Assembly: GCF_964213995.1 (NCBI RefSeq)
Contig: NW_027590385.1
Coordinates: 186,001-250,000 of the forward strand
DNA from: Mustelus asterias
Lineage: Eukaryota
Reading direction: 5' to 3'
Length of the DNA: 64,000 bases
In this document: in pieces, positions 36,930 to 49,886 of the stretch
Numbering within the stretch: position 1 is the stretch's first letter
Layout of the letters: every line of letters begins with the position of its first letter
The notes under the pieces: model-generated
The model's database searches: none
Told to the model about the DNA's origin: nothing
What the model saw: the letters and a program-made list of their open reading frames with translations, nothing else
Translations under genes and position numbers: made by a program

Positions 36930-37694
36930 GAATGGGTTTGAGTTTTGGTCCCTGCAGTTGAAGTCCAGCATTTCAGATTGAATGCAAGAGTTTGTGCCGT
37001 GTCGTTTTTGGCATGAAGAAAGAGGAGCGACAGAGCAATGTAAACAGGTGTTGAGGTAAAGGAACGAGTGTGGAAGGACTGGAGCAAATTATCGTGGATT
37101 CTGGAATCGGAAACAAAAAGAGAAAATGCTGGAAAATCTCACCAGGTCTGGCAGCATCTGTAAGGAGTGAAGAAAGCTGACATTTCGAGTCCAGATGACC
37201 CTTTGTCAAAGCTGGGAGGAGTGGAGCTGCTCCGATGGAGAATATAAACGGGAACACCGGTTGAATGGCTGCCTGTCGAAATAAACAGCAGGATTGCAAA
37301 CATTGAGACTGCAGTCCCGGCCCAGGGGATGGATTGGGATTTTCTAACTGAGGTTCAAATCCTATCATGTGCGCTTCCCGTCATTCCTCATTGTGACTTT
37401 TTTATAATTGAAAGTTATTGGAAATGAAGCAATGGGTGCAGAGATGATCAACTCACTCCATATTTGTCACATCAGCGTCACTGAGGGTCTGGTGATCAGC
37501 GTCGGCGCCGTGACGCGGTTTCGATTCCCAGTCTCGGAGTGAATAAATTTTTGTTCATTTCTTCATTCAATAAAAACAGCGTCCGTGAAGGGAACAATAA
37601 GCTAAATCTTCCAGCTGGATGAACTTGTATCAGAGCTGGAAAAATCAGAGATGTAACATTAACGATAAACTCTGAAGAAGAACCACATGTCACA

Positions 37695-38863
37695 TAAGAA
37701 CATAAGAAATAGGAGCAGGAGTAGGCCATCTAGCCCCTCGAGCCTGCCCCGCCATTCAATAAGATCATGGCTGATCTGACGTGGATCAGTACCACTTACC
37801 CGCCTGATCCCCATAACCCTTAATTCCCTAACCGATCAGGAATCCATCCATCCGCGCTTTAAACATATTCAGCGAGGTAGCCTCCACCACCTCAGTGGGC
37901 AGAGAATTCCAGAGATTCACCACCCTCTGGGAGAAGAAGTTCCTCCTCAACTCTGTCCTAAACCGACCCCCCTTTATTTTGAGGCTGTGTCCTCTAGTTT
38001 TAACTTCCTTACTAAGTGGAAAGAATCTCTCCGCCTCCACCCTATCCAGCCCCCGCATTATCTTATAAGTCTCCATAAGATCCCCCCTCATCCTTCTAAA
38101 CTCCAACGAGTACAAACCCAATCTCCTCAGCCTCTCCTCATAATCCAAACCCCTCATCTCCGGTATCAACCTGGTGAACCTTCTCTGCACTCCCTCCAAT
38201 GCCAATATATCCTTCCTCATATAAGGGGACCAATACTGCACACAGTATTCCAGCTGCGGCCTCACCAATGCCCTGTACAGGTGCATCAAGACATCCCTGC
38301 TTTTATATTCTATCCCCCTCGCAATATAGGCCAAGATCCCATTTGCCTTCTTGATCACCTGTTGTACCTGCAGACTGGGCTTTTGCGTCTCATGCACAAG
38401 GACCCCCAGGTCCCTTTGCACGGTAGCATGTTTTAATTTGTTTCCATTGAGATCGTAATCCCATTTTTTATTATTTCCTCCAAAGTGTATAACCTCGCAT
38501 TTATCAACGTTATACTCCATTTGCCATATCCTCGCCCACTCACTCAGCCTGTCCAAATCTCTCTGCAGATCTGCTCCGTCCTCCACACGATTCACTTTTC
38601 CACTTATCTTTGTGTCGTCTGCAAACTTCGTTACCCTACACTCCGTCCCCTCCTCCAGATCATCTATATAAATGGTAAACAGTTGCGGCCCGAGTACCGA
38701 TCCCTGCGGCACGCCACTAGTTACCTTCCTCCAACCGGAAAAACACCCATTTATTCCGACTCTTTGCTTCCTGTCGGATAGCCAGTCCCCAATCCACTTT
38801 AACACACTACCCCCAACTCCGTGTGCCCTAATTTTCTTCAGCAGCCTTTTATGGGGCACCTTA
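37695..38863 (-). mobile_element. Young CR1 LINE, 5'-truncated, open RT frame
   Basis: ORF 37828-38904 with [19 protein letters not shown]; (TTCTTATG)n tail; TCACA duplication at 37690 and 38864; empty site near 17250. Confidence 0.96.
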
Positions 38864-39057
38864 TCACACACAACATACATGTCAAGTACATACACAATAC
38901 ACATGTCAACTCATGTCACTTTCAACTTCTGTCTTTTAACTTCCGGCTCTCCACCTCAGACATTTCCACATTCATCAAAAATCTCCGTCCTCAAACCCCA
39001 TCCTGGTCCTCAATCCACGGATAATGCTGCACTTAGTGGCAGCTCCTTGCAGCATTT

Positions 39058-39130
39058 GGCTCCATAGCTCAGTGGTTAGAGCACTGGTCTTGTCAACCAG
39101 GGGTCGCGAGTTCAATTCTCGCTGGAGCCT
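39058..39130 (+). tRNA. TRNAT-UGU: tRNA-Thr(TGT) variant (A37>C)
   Basis: All stems intact; anticodon loop CT TGT CA. Confidence 0.82.
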
Positions 39131-40374
39131 ACGGGCAAAGTTTAGCTGATAGAAGCTGTAGGAAAGGGGAAGAGAGTCAAACAAGAGGTAAGTCGAGGTT
39201 CAGATCGGGTGTGATTTTGGAAAGCGAATAGATATGTCCTTCTTCGTAAAAAAATCGAAAGAGCAGGACATATTTGAAGAGCTAAAATAGGTTAGTGTCG
39301 ATATTGAGAATAGAATAGATGCATTTGTACAAGGAATGCATAAAGCTGGCATGTAGGTGCAGGCAATGATTGGAAGGAAACTTGCATTTTAGTCTTTATT
39401 GACGGCAGACTGGAGTCCAAGTATAACGAGGTGTTGCTGCAGTTGCACAGGGTTTTGTTGAGACCACATGTTGAATATTCTGTGCCGATATGATATTCAC
39501 ATTGAATAAAGGGTTTATTTGCATTGGAAACGGTGCAGATAAGGTTCAGCAGATGATCCCTGGGATGAGGGAGTTGTCGTATGATGAGAGGCTGAGTAAA
39601 TTGGGCTGAAAGTCTCTGGAGTTTGGAGGAATGAGAGGCGATTTCATTAAACCTGCACAAGTCTGATTGGGTTTGACAGGGTGGAGGCGGAGAGATTTCT
39701 TCTGCTTGTCGGGAAATCTAACCCACGGCAGTACAGTCTCAGGAAAATGGGCTGATCATTTCGGCCTAAGATAAGGCGAAATTACTTCACTGAAATGGTT
39801 GTGAATCTTTGAAATTCCCTCTGCCAGACAGTTATGGAAGCTCCATCATCGAATACATTTAAGGTTGGGATAGACAGGTTTCTGGCCTCTCGGGGAATTC
39901 AGGGATATGGGGAGCTGGTGAAACACTGAGTTGTACCCCAGGATCAGCCATAACAAGCTATTTTATTCAAATAACCAAGAACTTTAAGGAAACAAGTAAA
40001 ACATGTTAATTAAGGTCCTGCCCTTCATTGACTGGAAAGTGCTTTGTGACGTCCGCTGGTCGGGATAAGTTCTATATAAATGCAAATATTTCATGATCTT
40101 CAATCCTAGTCCACTGTTACTGAGCCCAGTCAGTGGGAACAGTCTGTCCCTCCCTGCTCTATCAAACGGCTGTTTTCCATGTTAGAAGGGATGAACCATT
40201 ACACCACAACAACACTGTGGGGTAAAATAATAAAATATACATGTTTAGATTTGTAAACGATGCCATCATTTGGTCTTTCTGTGTCAGGTTTGGTGAAAAT
40301 TGAATTGGCGTCTAACTTGCAGCCAACACGCTGTCACCCTGATTTAGGATGCCATGTAAACTCCATTTTTGTCA

Positions 40375-40440
40375 GTCTCTGTGGCGCATTTGGTTAGCCT
40401 GTTAACCGAAAGGTTGATGGTTCGAGACCATCCAGGGACG
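40375..40440 (+). pseudogene. tRNA-Asn pseudogene (8-nt deletion)
   Basis: Paralog of 24236 lacking GCGTTCGG (includes 5' anticodon stem). Confidence 0.88.
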
Positions 40441-41077
40441 GGGCTTTCACTTTTTTTCCCTCTCCATCTGCTTTCATTGTCTCTCGGTTTTTGAGTGCCA
40501 CTGAGTCCTTGGGCAACACTAAAAAAAAACTTATCGTGTGTTTCTGCCTCTACTGTTAGCCGACGTTAGTTTATTGAACATTTATTTCCAACATCTTATT
40601 TGTAACAATTTATATATTTCAAATATTATTAAACTCAATAACTGAACTCGAAACTTTAACCTATGTTTGATCTTGGGTTTCCATTTTCCTGCACACTCCC
40701 CTTCTTTCTCAGATTTCTCAGGAATCTGTCTGTCCCAACCTGAAATGTGTTCAATAAGGAAAATACACAGCAAGTCGGCAAAGATCAGTGGAATGAGGAC
40801 TGAGTTAAACTTTCACCAGAATGCTGCTTTTATAATTGCAAAGTCCTGAGATTGAGAGCAGATAGTTCACATGGAAAAGGGCTGTTTGATAGAGCAGATA
40901 GGGACACACTGTTTCCGCTGACGAGGGTCAGTAACCAAAGGATTAGGATTAAAGATAATTAATGAAAGACCGACTTGTATTTATGTCGCGCCTTTCCCGG
41001 TTGCTGGACGTCACAACGCGCTGTGCAGCCAATGAAAGACAGTTCCAATTGAAAAAAAAGTATCAGCTAGACAAGGA

Positions 41078-41149
41078 AGAGTGCATTCGGATTGGAACCG
41101 AGGACCTCTTGATTTGCAGTCAAATGCGCTACCGCTGAGCTACACCCCC
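41078..41149 (-). pseudogene. tRNA-Cys(GCA) pseudogene
   Basis: Paralog of 29793 with acceptor, D-arm and T-loop mutations. Confidence 0.8.
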
Positions 41150-42284
41150 TCAGTCGCAAGCTGGTTCACGGGATCCAGCATATTCTTATTAAGTGTGGAG
41201 GGGGATCGAGTGGTCAGACTGCATCCCGCTTTGTCTCAGAGTTCCTGGTTTCTGAGTGAAGTAGGAAAACTTCGTGTTTAAGTTAGCGAGATGTTTTCTT
41301 GTGATTTGGCTGAGATTTGGATCCAGGTCGAGGAGATATTTGTGACAACCTAATTGATAAAATTTACCCCATTGTCATACAGATTTGTATCCCCATCTGT
41401 ATTGGCAGCGCTTTGCAGCCTATCACGGCCTTTCACTATCTGTGTTTATTCTTCAACTGTTGCCCATGTGACATTTCCAATTCAAACACAGAATTATAGA
41501 TCTAACTGCACTGCTTCTGACAGAGCTGTTTTCGATCAGGAAGCAATTCAGGTTTGTTGAACGGATTATGAAAAACTTTAAATCTTAGCATATCGAAGCC
41601 GATCTCTGACTCTGAAAGCGCCGAATCCTAAGCACTGGACCACCAGAATTTCATCTTCCTGATTCTCCCAGAAACTGAGTACAGGAATATGCACAGTGCC
41701 AATTATTCACGGTTGCACTCACCTTCCAATCTTGTGCACGTTGTTCAGCTTTGAAACTGTTCATATTTTCACATTCGCTTCCAGTGTGATGAAAGCGGAG
41801 CTGTGATAAGCTGAACCTTTTCAACAGATTAACTACAATATGGTTTATAAGAAACATTACTCTTTGAATGTGGTGAGCTACAGTGAAATTTAATGCAGCA
41901 GAAGATAGCTCACTCATTTTGACAGGAGGTGCCAGCAATTGCAATGTAAATATGATGTCGAGATACGGGCGTTGGACTGGGGTGGGCACAATAAGAAGAC
42001 TCACAGCATCATGTTAAAGTCCAACTGGTTCAATTGCTCCGATAATAAAATAAATTTGCTTTATTTTATCAGCGCCCCGAAAGCTCTTGATTCCAAATCG
42101 ATCCGGTGTTGTGAGACTTCTTAATGGAAATATTAATTGTTGTGGGTAATTGACAGGATTGTGGATTGGGGTAGATTTTTCCTCCCTGCTGTTCAACCTG
42201 CCACAAGTATCGCTCCCGTTTTAAATCAGGAAGCAATACCCACTCTCCTTAATTCATGTGTTGCACGAGAGCAATGAATCATCA

Positions 42285-42356
42285 TTCCCTAACCGGGAAT
42301 CGAACCCAGACCATGGCATTGAAGGCGGCGAATTCTAACGACTCGACCAACAAGGA
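42285..42356 (-). pseudogene. tRNA-Glu pseudogene
   Basis: TTCCCTAACCGGGAATCGAACCC intact B box; 5' half degenerate. Confidence 0.78.
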
Positions 42357-42386
42357 ATTTGAGGTGTCCTGAGCATTATTGAGCAA

Positions 42387-42466
42387 GTGTGCGTGCGTGC
42401 GTGTGCATGTGTGTGTGCGTGTGTGGGTGTGTGGGTGGGTGCGTGCGGGTGCGTGCGTGCGTGTGT
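42387..42466. repeat. (GT/GTGC/GTGG)n compound microsatellite
   Basis: Directly visible; much shorter in paralogs near 11925 and 31112. Confidence 0.85.
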
Positions 42467-43960
42467 GGTTTAGGAGAAAGGTCTTGTGCTCTAGGGTAAC
42501 CGCTGATGAATGAAGCCGTCGACCTCTTTATCGCTGAGCTTTTTGTGTTCTTGAGCAATCGTTCTCTGGAGCTGATGCAATGAGGCCAGGAGAGTAACCC
42601 AGTGCACCTTCTGCAATGTGATTGCGGTGCGATTTGCTGAAAGCTGTTAATTTTATAAAAATCATCTTTTTGCGAATTGTAAATCAAATGCCCTTCAGTG
42701 CCCGGTAAGAATTCTCACCAGCTAAAAGTGCAGCTGGTTTATTTGGAATCTCTAGCTTTCGGAGCGCAGCTCCTTCATCACTCACACTGAGGATTCACCA
42801 CATTTTTCTGTCTTTGAATGAATGCAATCGATATCTCATCAATTCCCCGGTATCCTGAGTCTCTGACACTGATTTCCACAGTGCACTGCTTTAAATCTTT
42901 GTTTTCAATGTGAAATTAAGCGGTTTGTTCCATGTGAAGGATTTACACTTATACCCTTCGGGGATGATGGTGACGTAGTGGTAAAATCAGTGGAGCATGA
43001 ATCCCGTGGCTCAGGCTCACAGGTCCCGATCCCACCGCAGTCTAGATCTGAAACGGAAGTGAAAGCTAGTCTCAGTAATGAAGCTTGTTTTCTGATTGTC
43101 ATGAAAACTCATCTGGACCTTTTGCAGAAGGAAATCTGCCATCCTTCCGCTTTCTGGCCTCCATTGGACTCCCAACTCAAGTCAATGTGATTGACTCTTA
43201 ACTGCCCTCTGAAATGGCCCAACAAAATACGCAGTTCAGTGGGAAATAGGGGTGGATAACAAATGCTGGCATTGACAATGAAATATATATTGCATTAGCA
43301 GCATTTTATGAAATGATTAATTCTCATTTTGTTTCATTTCATGTCAAATAGGGTGACATATTCTGGTGTCTCATTATTTAAAACCGCAGCCCTTTAACTG
43401 TTCAAACAGGTAAGGTTCAGTCAGAGAAAAGTGATCCACTGTGATCCCAAGCAAGGTATTGTAGTTGCTGCAAATCCCACCTCAAAACAGGAAATGTTAG
43501 AAGCACTCATCGGCTTCAACAGCTTCTGTGGAGAGGGAAAGAGAGTGAATGATTCAGGTTGCTGACCTTTGACCCTAACTGGAAGAAATTTGTCATTTAA
43601 TGGTTTTCAAACAAGTACAGAATCAAGGAAAATAGAGAGGGAGAGGAGGAAAGGACAAACGGTCTTTTGATCGGATGGAAGGCTGGAGTGATTGAATTAC
43701 AATGGAGATGATTATTGTTCCCACTGACACAATCTCGCAGATCTGGGTTTGAATCTCACAATAAATGAGAACAAAACCTCTCGCTGAGTTCAGCGCTAAA
43801 CTCCCGCCTTCCAGTGAACTGCAGGCAGTTTTCAATCTCAAACCCACAACTCTGAGATAAACAACGCAGAAAGGAGAAAGACTCAGTTTGAGCGGTGATG
43901 CTTCTGGAGGAACGGAGATCGGGAATTCACCCAAGAATGGGGCAAAGTTTAAAACGATGA

Positions 43961-44033
43961 CGCCCAACGTGGGGCTCGAACCCACGGTCCTGCGACTAAG
44001 AGTCTTATGCTCTACCTACTGAGCTCGCCAGGG
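43961..44033 (-). pseudogene. tRNA-Lys(CTT) pseudogene
   Basis: Paralog of 13438/32625 with multiple stem mutations. Confidence 0.82.
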
Positions 44034-44135
44034 ACATGGATCAGGTTGGTTTTCATAACCTAAAATGTATGGAGACAAATGTTGTTTTTCCAACTGGTGT
44101 CGATACTTGCCCTGATTTCAAAGTTTACAATGAAT

Positions 44136-44272
44136 TTAAGACTTACCTGGATAGTCACATGAGCAGCCTGGGAATGGAGGGATACAAACGATTGGTCTAC
44201 TTGGACCAAGGAGCGGCACAGGCTTGGAGGGCCGAAGGGCCTGTTTCCTGTGCTGTACTGTTCTTTGTTCTT
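44136..44272 (+). mobile_element. Short CR1 3' tail insertion
   Basis: ORF2 end plus GGGCCGAAGGGCC and (TTCTTTG)n tail; TGAAT duplication at 44131 and 44273. Confidence 0.88.
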
Positions 44273-45012
44273 TGAATCGACCTACAGAATCCCCAAGGTT
44301 CCTATCCCTTCCTCTCAATCATCAATTACATCATTCACATATTCCAATGCTTCGCTTCACCTCTCCCAAACATTCCGAACTCCTCTTACACAATTCACCT
44401 TTTTTTGTTCATAATAAACTAGCCTGGGGTGGGCGGAACAGCCTCTCAGCATGGACACTGTCAAACTGTTTTCTAGTTTCAGACTTTTCAATAAGATCAC
44501 CTCTGATTGTTCTAAACTCCAGAGCGAACAGACTCACCCCGCTGAATTTCTTCTCCCAGGAGAAACGCAGAAATCAATTCAGTGAACCTCGGATGCACAG
44601 AGACAGCGAATGAATGAAGACTGCAAGGATCAAAATCGGTCAACGTAATAAAAACACAGTCAGAGACACTGACAGATTCTGAGGGAGATATATAGAGACA
44701 ATGAAAAACAGAAATAGCGAGTGAGGTACACATCCACAACCCATGAATGAATAACAATATACACACAGCCAGCTGCCTGAACCAACAAACAAGGGGTCCT
44801 CTAAACTGGTGACCAGAGATCAAGTGAATGGCCACAAGCATATTCACCTTTTAATGTCTTGATTTTCTTGTGTGTGTTGTGTTGATAGATTGCCTGCTCT
44901 GTGTGCTCAGGTTCTCAAACCAAATCCCACGTAAACCAATCCCACCGTTTGCACTGCAAATACATTTACAAAACCTTTGACTTTTCCAATACGAAATGAC
45001 AGCTGAATGAGA

Positions 45013-45101
45013 CCTCTTGCTTGGCCTGTGAACCCAGGACCTCTCGCAAGTTGGTGATGTTAACACCCTCAGCCCGAATCATACCCCTCGTCCAACGAGC
45101 C
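45013..45101 (-). pseudogene. tRNA-Pro (AGG-like) pseudogene with 17-nt intron remnant
   Basis: ...CGGGC TG AGG G[TGTTAACATCACCAACT]TGCGAGAGGTCCTGGGTTCA. Confidence 0.72.
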
Positions 45102-45874
45102 GCTGCTGGCGAAGTTGTTCAGTGAAAATATTTCCATTTCCATTCAAAGCTACTCAGACTTCTGCAGTGAAAGGTGAAAATGCTGGAAAACAAATCTCAT
45201 ATTTTAGCTCCATAATCTTTGATTACCACGGGGAATGGTTAGAAATGTAGGAAGTTTTAAACAAGTGTTATCCAGCAGCACAACAAGAGGGGAGGCCTCT
45301 GGCCGGGTGTAAATCAGGAGAGATTAAATGAGGGAAACAAAGAATTTTATAGTAATGACACCACAGAATGGGGCCATTCCTAAGTCCTTTACAGGACGCA
45401 GTTGTGTTGTGGATGAAGGGGAACCTGTGGATGTAATTGGAGCCACAGTAATGAGTTGGTGGGTTTTGAAAATTGAAAGTTACACTTAGGAAATAGAATT
45501 AGGAGCAGAAGTGGGCTAATACAGCGCTTCGAGCCTGAACCGTCATGCAATCAGTTCATGACTGATCTCTCCCTGTTCTCAAATCCACCTTCCTATCTGT
45601 TCCAATATCCCCTCATCCCTTTTATTATCAGGAATATATCTGTCTCTTTCTTGAAGCCATTTCATGATTCAGACTCCATCGCGCTATGGGGAAATGCATT
45701 CCAAAAATTCACGACCCTCTGCGAGAAGTAGTTCCTCCTCATCTTAGTTTTAAATCTACCGCCTCTCAACCTATACATTTGAGCTGTTCTTCTCGATTGC
45801 CCCATGAGAAGAAACATTTCGTCGACGTTCAATCTATCAATTCTTTTTAGAATTTCATATACCCCGATCACTTT

Positions 45875-47272
45875 TGAGGCACGACTTGCCCTTCACAGAT
45901 TCGTGAAGGGCAAGTCGTGCCTCACAAATTTGATCGAATTTTTTGAGGAGGTAACTAAGTGTGTTGATGAAGGTAGGGCACTTGATGTCATATACATGGA
46001 TTTTAGTAAGGCGTTTGATAAGGTCCCCCATGGTTTGCTTATGATGAAAGTGAGGAGGTGTGGGATAGAGGTAAAGTTGGCCGATTGGATAGGTAACTGG
46101 CTGTCTGATCGAAGACAGAGGGTGGTGGTGGATGGAAATGTTTCGGATTGGAGGCAGGTTGCCAGCGGAGTGCCACAGGGATCAGTGCTTGGTCCTCTAC
46201 TCTTTGTGATTTTTATTAATAACTTAGAGGAGGGGGCTGAAGGGTGCATCAGTAAATTTGCTGATGACACCAAGAATGGTGGAGTAGTGGATGAAATCAT
46301 AGAAATCATAGAAACCCTACAGTGCAGAAAGAGGCCATTCGGCTCATCGAGTCTGCACCGACCACAATCCCACCCAGGCCCCACTCCTATATCCCTACAC
46401 GTTTACCCGCTAAGGTGTTGTAGGCTGCAAAGAGACATAGATAGGATGTAAAGTGGGCTAAAAATGGCAAATGGAGTTTAACCCTGATAAATGTGAGGTG
46501 ATTCATTTTGGTAGGACAAATTTAAATGTGGATTACAGGTTCAAAGGTAGGGTTCTGAAGACTGTGGAGGAACAGAGAGATCTTGGGGTCCATATCCACA
46601 GATCTCTAAAGGTTGCCACTCAAGTGGATAGAGCTGTGAAGAAGGCCTATAGTGTGTTAGCTTTTATTAACAGGAGGTTGGAGTTTAAGAGCCGTGGGGT
46701 CATGCTGCAACTGTACAGGACCTTGGTGAGACCACACTTGGAATATTGTGTGCAGTTCTGGTCACCTCACTATAAGAAGGATGTGGAAGCGCTGGAAAGA
46801 GTGCAGAGGAGATTTACCAGGATGCTGCCTGGTTTGGAGGGTAGGTCTTATGAGGAAAGGTTGAGGGAGCTAGGGCTGTTCTCTCTGGAGCGGAGGAGGC
46901 TGAGGGGAGACCTAATAGAGGTTTATATAATGATGAAGGGGATAGATAGAGTGAACGTTCAAAGACTATTTCCTCGGGTGAGTGGAGCTATTACAAGGGG
47001 GCATAACTATAGGGTTCGTGGTGGGAGATATAGGAAGGATATCAGAGGTAGGTTCTTTACGCAGAGAGTGGTTGGGGTGTGGAATGGACTGCCTGCAGTG
47101 ATATTGGAGTCAGACACTTTAGGAACATTTAAGCGGTTATTGGATAGGCACAATGAGCACACCAGGATGATAGGGAGTGGGATAGCTTGATCTTGGTTTC
47201 AGATAAAGCTCGGCACAACGTCGTGGGCCGAAGGACCTGTTCTGTGCTGTACTGTTCTAATTTCTAGTTCTA
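45875..47272 (+). mobile_element. CR1 LINE, 5'-truncated, with 5' fold-back and nested SINE
   Basis: ORFs 45804-46451 ([24 protein letters not shown]) and 46471-47190; CR1 tail. Confidence 0.95.
46295..46413 (-). mobile_element. HE1 SINE 3' fragment nested in CR1
   Basis: Reverse complement of the SINE 3' end seen at 200-321. Confidence 0.88.
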
Positions 47273-48289
47273 AAAACTCCAGCATGTTGTGGGACTATTT
47301 TACCTCAGTGTCGATTTCATGTCCCAGCGAACTCAATCGGTGTTGTCATTAGCTGAAGCAGTCCATGTTCCATCCAAACTGGACATATTAAGTGATGTAC
47401 GGTAAGTCAATTTGAAAAACACATTTCACCCGTGACCCTGGTTGTCCAGGGAGTTGTGTTCAGTCCCACCCCAGTGTTGTTTGGTTTCAATTCCCGCTCA
47501 GGAAACAATTATTTATTGCTCTCGGCAAACTATTACAAATAACCTGATTTGCTATCTGATCAAAAGCAGATCTACTAAAATCAGCCGAGTGAGGTTTGCA
47601 AGTCTCCATCAGAGCTGGAAATGTCACATGTGCAACAGGTCAAGAACAAATATAGGAGCAGAAAGATAATGATAGGCTGCAAAGCGCTGACGATAGAGAT
47701 GGTGATGTAAGGTAACATCTGGAAGGTAAATCGGTCAGATTTTAGCGTTCACACTGAATTATTAAACCTTTCCCTCACTCTGCAACGACAATGTTTGAAA
47801 ACGTTTCTGCCCAGTTTTGAACCGTCGGAAGCGAAAGTAATAACTGTGCGTGGAATGTCTGTTGTCTGTTATAATGGACTGAATATATCACTGTGGTGGA
47901 AACAGAAGGTGCCATTTTGCGATAGAGACTTACTTGTGGTGAATCATCCAAACCATAAAAACAAATGTCAGTTATTGCCTGGTGGAACCTATAAAACACA
48001 ATCTTTCCTCGTGTCCTGAGGTGAAGACTGAGCAAATCCAACAGGAGGTTTTCATGTCATATCTGGCAGTATATTGGGAACCAGACAAGGTTAAGGACAG
48101 TTTAAATGGTGCTGGTCCTTCACTGCAGCTGATTCTGTTTCTGACTGGATGTGATTTCTGATTGTTACACAGTTCAGGATGAATTGATTCAGCGAAGGAG
48201 CAGGCTCAAACCGACTGATGGCCTTTCTCAGCTCCTTTGCTGCTACTAAATTTCATTAACGTTTTCAGTAAAGAGCAGGATGGTTATGG

Positions 48290-48369
48290 GGTAGTGTGAC
48301 GGAGCAATTTAAACCAGTAGTTAGGTTCAGTTTCTGTATAAGCTGTGGGTTCAAATCCAGCCGTTGCGA
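48290..48369 (+). pseudogene. Degenerate tRNA-Leu pseudogene
   Basis: Positional paralog of 16413; GTGGGTTCAAATCC B box. Confidence 0.6.
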
Positions 48370-49088
48370 GAGTGGGCTTGAGTTTTGGTCTGTGCAGCTG
48401 AAATCCAGCAGTTCAGATTGAATGCAGGAGTTTCTGCCGTGGTGTTTTTGGCAGGAAGAAAGCGGAGACACTGACCAATGTAAACAGTTGTTGAGGTAAA
48501 GAAGCGGATGTGGAAAGAGTGGAGCAAATTATTGTCGATGCTGGAATCGGAAACAAAAAGGGAAAATGCTGGAAAATCTCATCAAGTCTGGCAGCATCAG
48601 TTATGAGAGAAGAGAGCTGATGTTTCGAGTCCAGATCACCCTTTGTCAAAACTGGAAGGAATTGAGTTGCTCCGACAGAGAATACAAACGGGAACACAGG
48701 CTGAATGGCTATCTGCCGATATAACCACAGGATTGCAAACATTGAGACTGCAGTCCCGGCCCAGGGGTAGATTGGGATTTTTTAACTGAGGCTCAAATCC
48801 TGTCATGTCCGCTTCCCGTCGTTCCTTATTTTTATTGAAAGTTATTGGAAATGAAGCAATGGGTACAGAGATGATCAACTCACTGAAAATCTCTCACATC
48901 AGCGTCTCTGAGGGTCTAGTGACCAGAATCGGCGCCGTGACGTCGTTTCAATCCCCAGTCACGGAGTGAATAACTTTTTGTTCAATTCTTCATTTCATGA
49001 AAACACGCCTCAGAGCGTCTGTGAAGGGAGCAATGTCTAAATCTTCCAGCTGAATGAACTTGCATCGGAGTTGGAAAAGTCAGAGATG

Positions 49089-49579
49089 CAAGTCTAGGAT
49101 GCCACCGGGACTTGATGGATTGAGTTATAAGGAGAGGCTGGATAGACTGGGACATTTTTCCTCTGGAGCGTCGGAGGCTGAGGGGTGATCTTATAGAGGT
49201 CTATAAAATAATGAGGGGCACAGATCAACTCGATAGTCAATATATTTTCCCAAAGATAGGGGAGTCTAAAACTAGAGGGCATAGGTTAAAGGTGAAAGGG
49301 GAGTGATACAATAGCGTCCAGAGGGGCAATTTTTCACACAGAGGGTGGTGAGTGTCTGGAACAAGCTGCCAGAGGTAGTAGGAGAGGCGGATACAATTTT
49401 GTCTTTTAAAAGGCACTTAGATAGTCACATGAGTACGATGGGTACAGAGGGATATGGGCCAAATGCGAGCAATTGGGATTAGGTTAGGGGTTTTGAAAAA
49501 AAAGGCGGCATGAACAAGTTGTGCCGAAGGGCCTGTTTCCATGTTGTTCACCTCTATGACTCTATGACTCTATGACTCC
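49089..49579 (+). mobile_element. CR1 3' fragment
   Basis: LSYKERLDRLG...FFTQRVV remnants, (CTCTATGA)n tail; absent from paralogs. Confidence 0.88.
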
Positions 49580-49813
49580 ATGTAACAACAACGAACAACT
49601 CTGAAGAAGAATCACATAACAAGCACAACATACATGTCAGATACACACACAGCACACATGTCAAATCATGTCATTTTCAAGTTGCGTCTTTTAATTTCCT
49701 GCTCTCCACCAAATCAAACTCTCCACCAGATCAAAAATCTCCGACCTCAAACACTATGCTGTTCCTCAATCCACTGATAATGCTGCACGTAATGTGAGCG
49801 ACTTACAGCGCTT

Positions 49814-49886
49814 GGCTCCGTAGCTTAGTGGTTAGAGCACTGGCCTTGTAAACCAGGGATCGTGTGTTCAGTTCTCATGTAGACCA
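49814..49886 (+). pseudogene. tRNA-Thr(TGT) pseudogene
   Basis: 5' half near-canonical; T arm and acceptor 3' strand destroyed. Confidence 0.8.

Larger units (their letters stand above)
30121..40871 (+). repeat. tRNA module copy B (two extra CR1 insertions, two deletions)
   Basis: Colinear with 10935-18350, 18994-19058 and 23876-24731. Confidence 0.9.
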
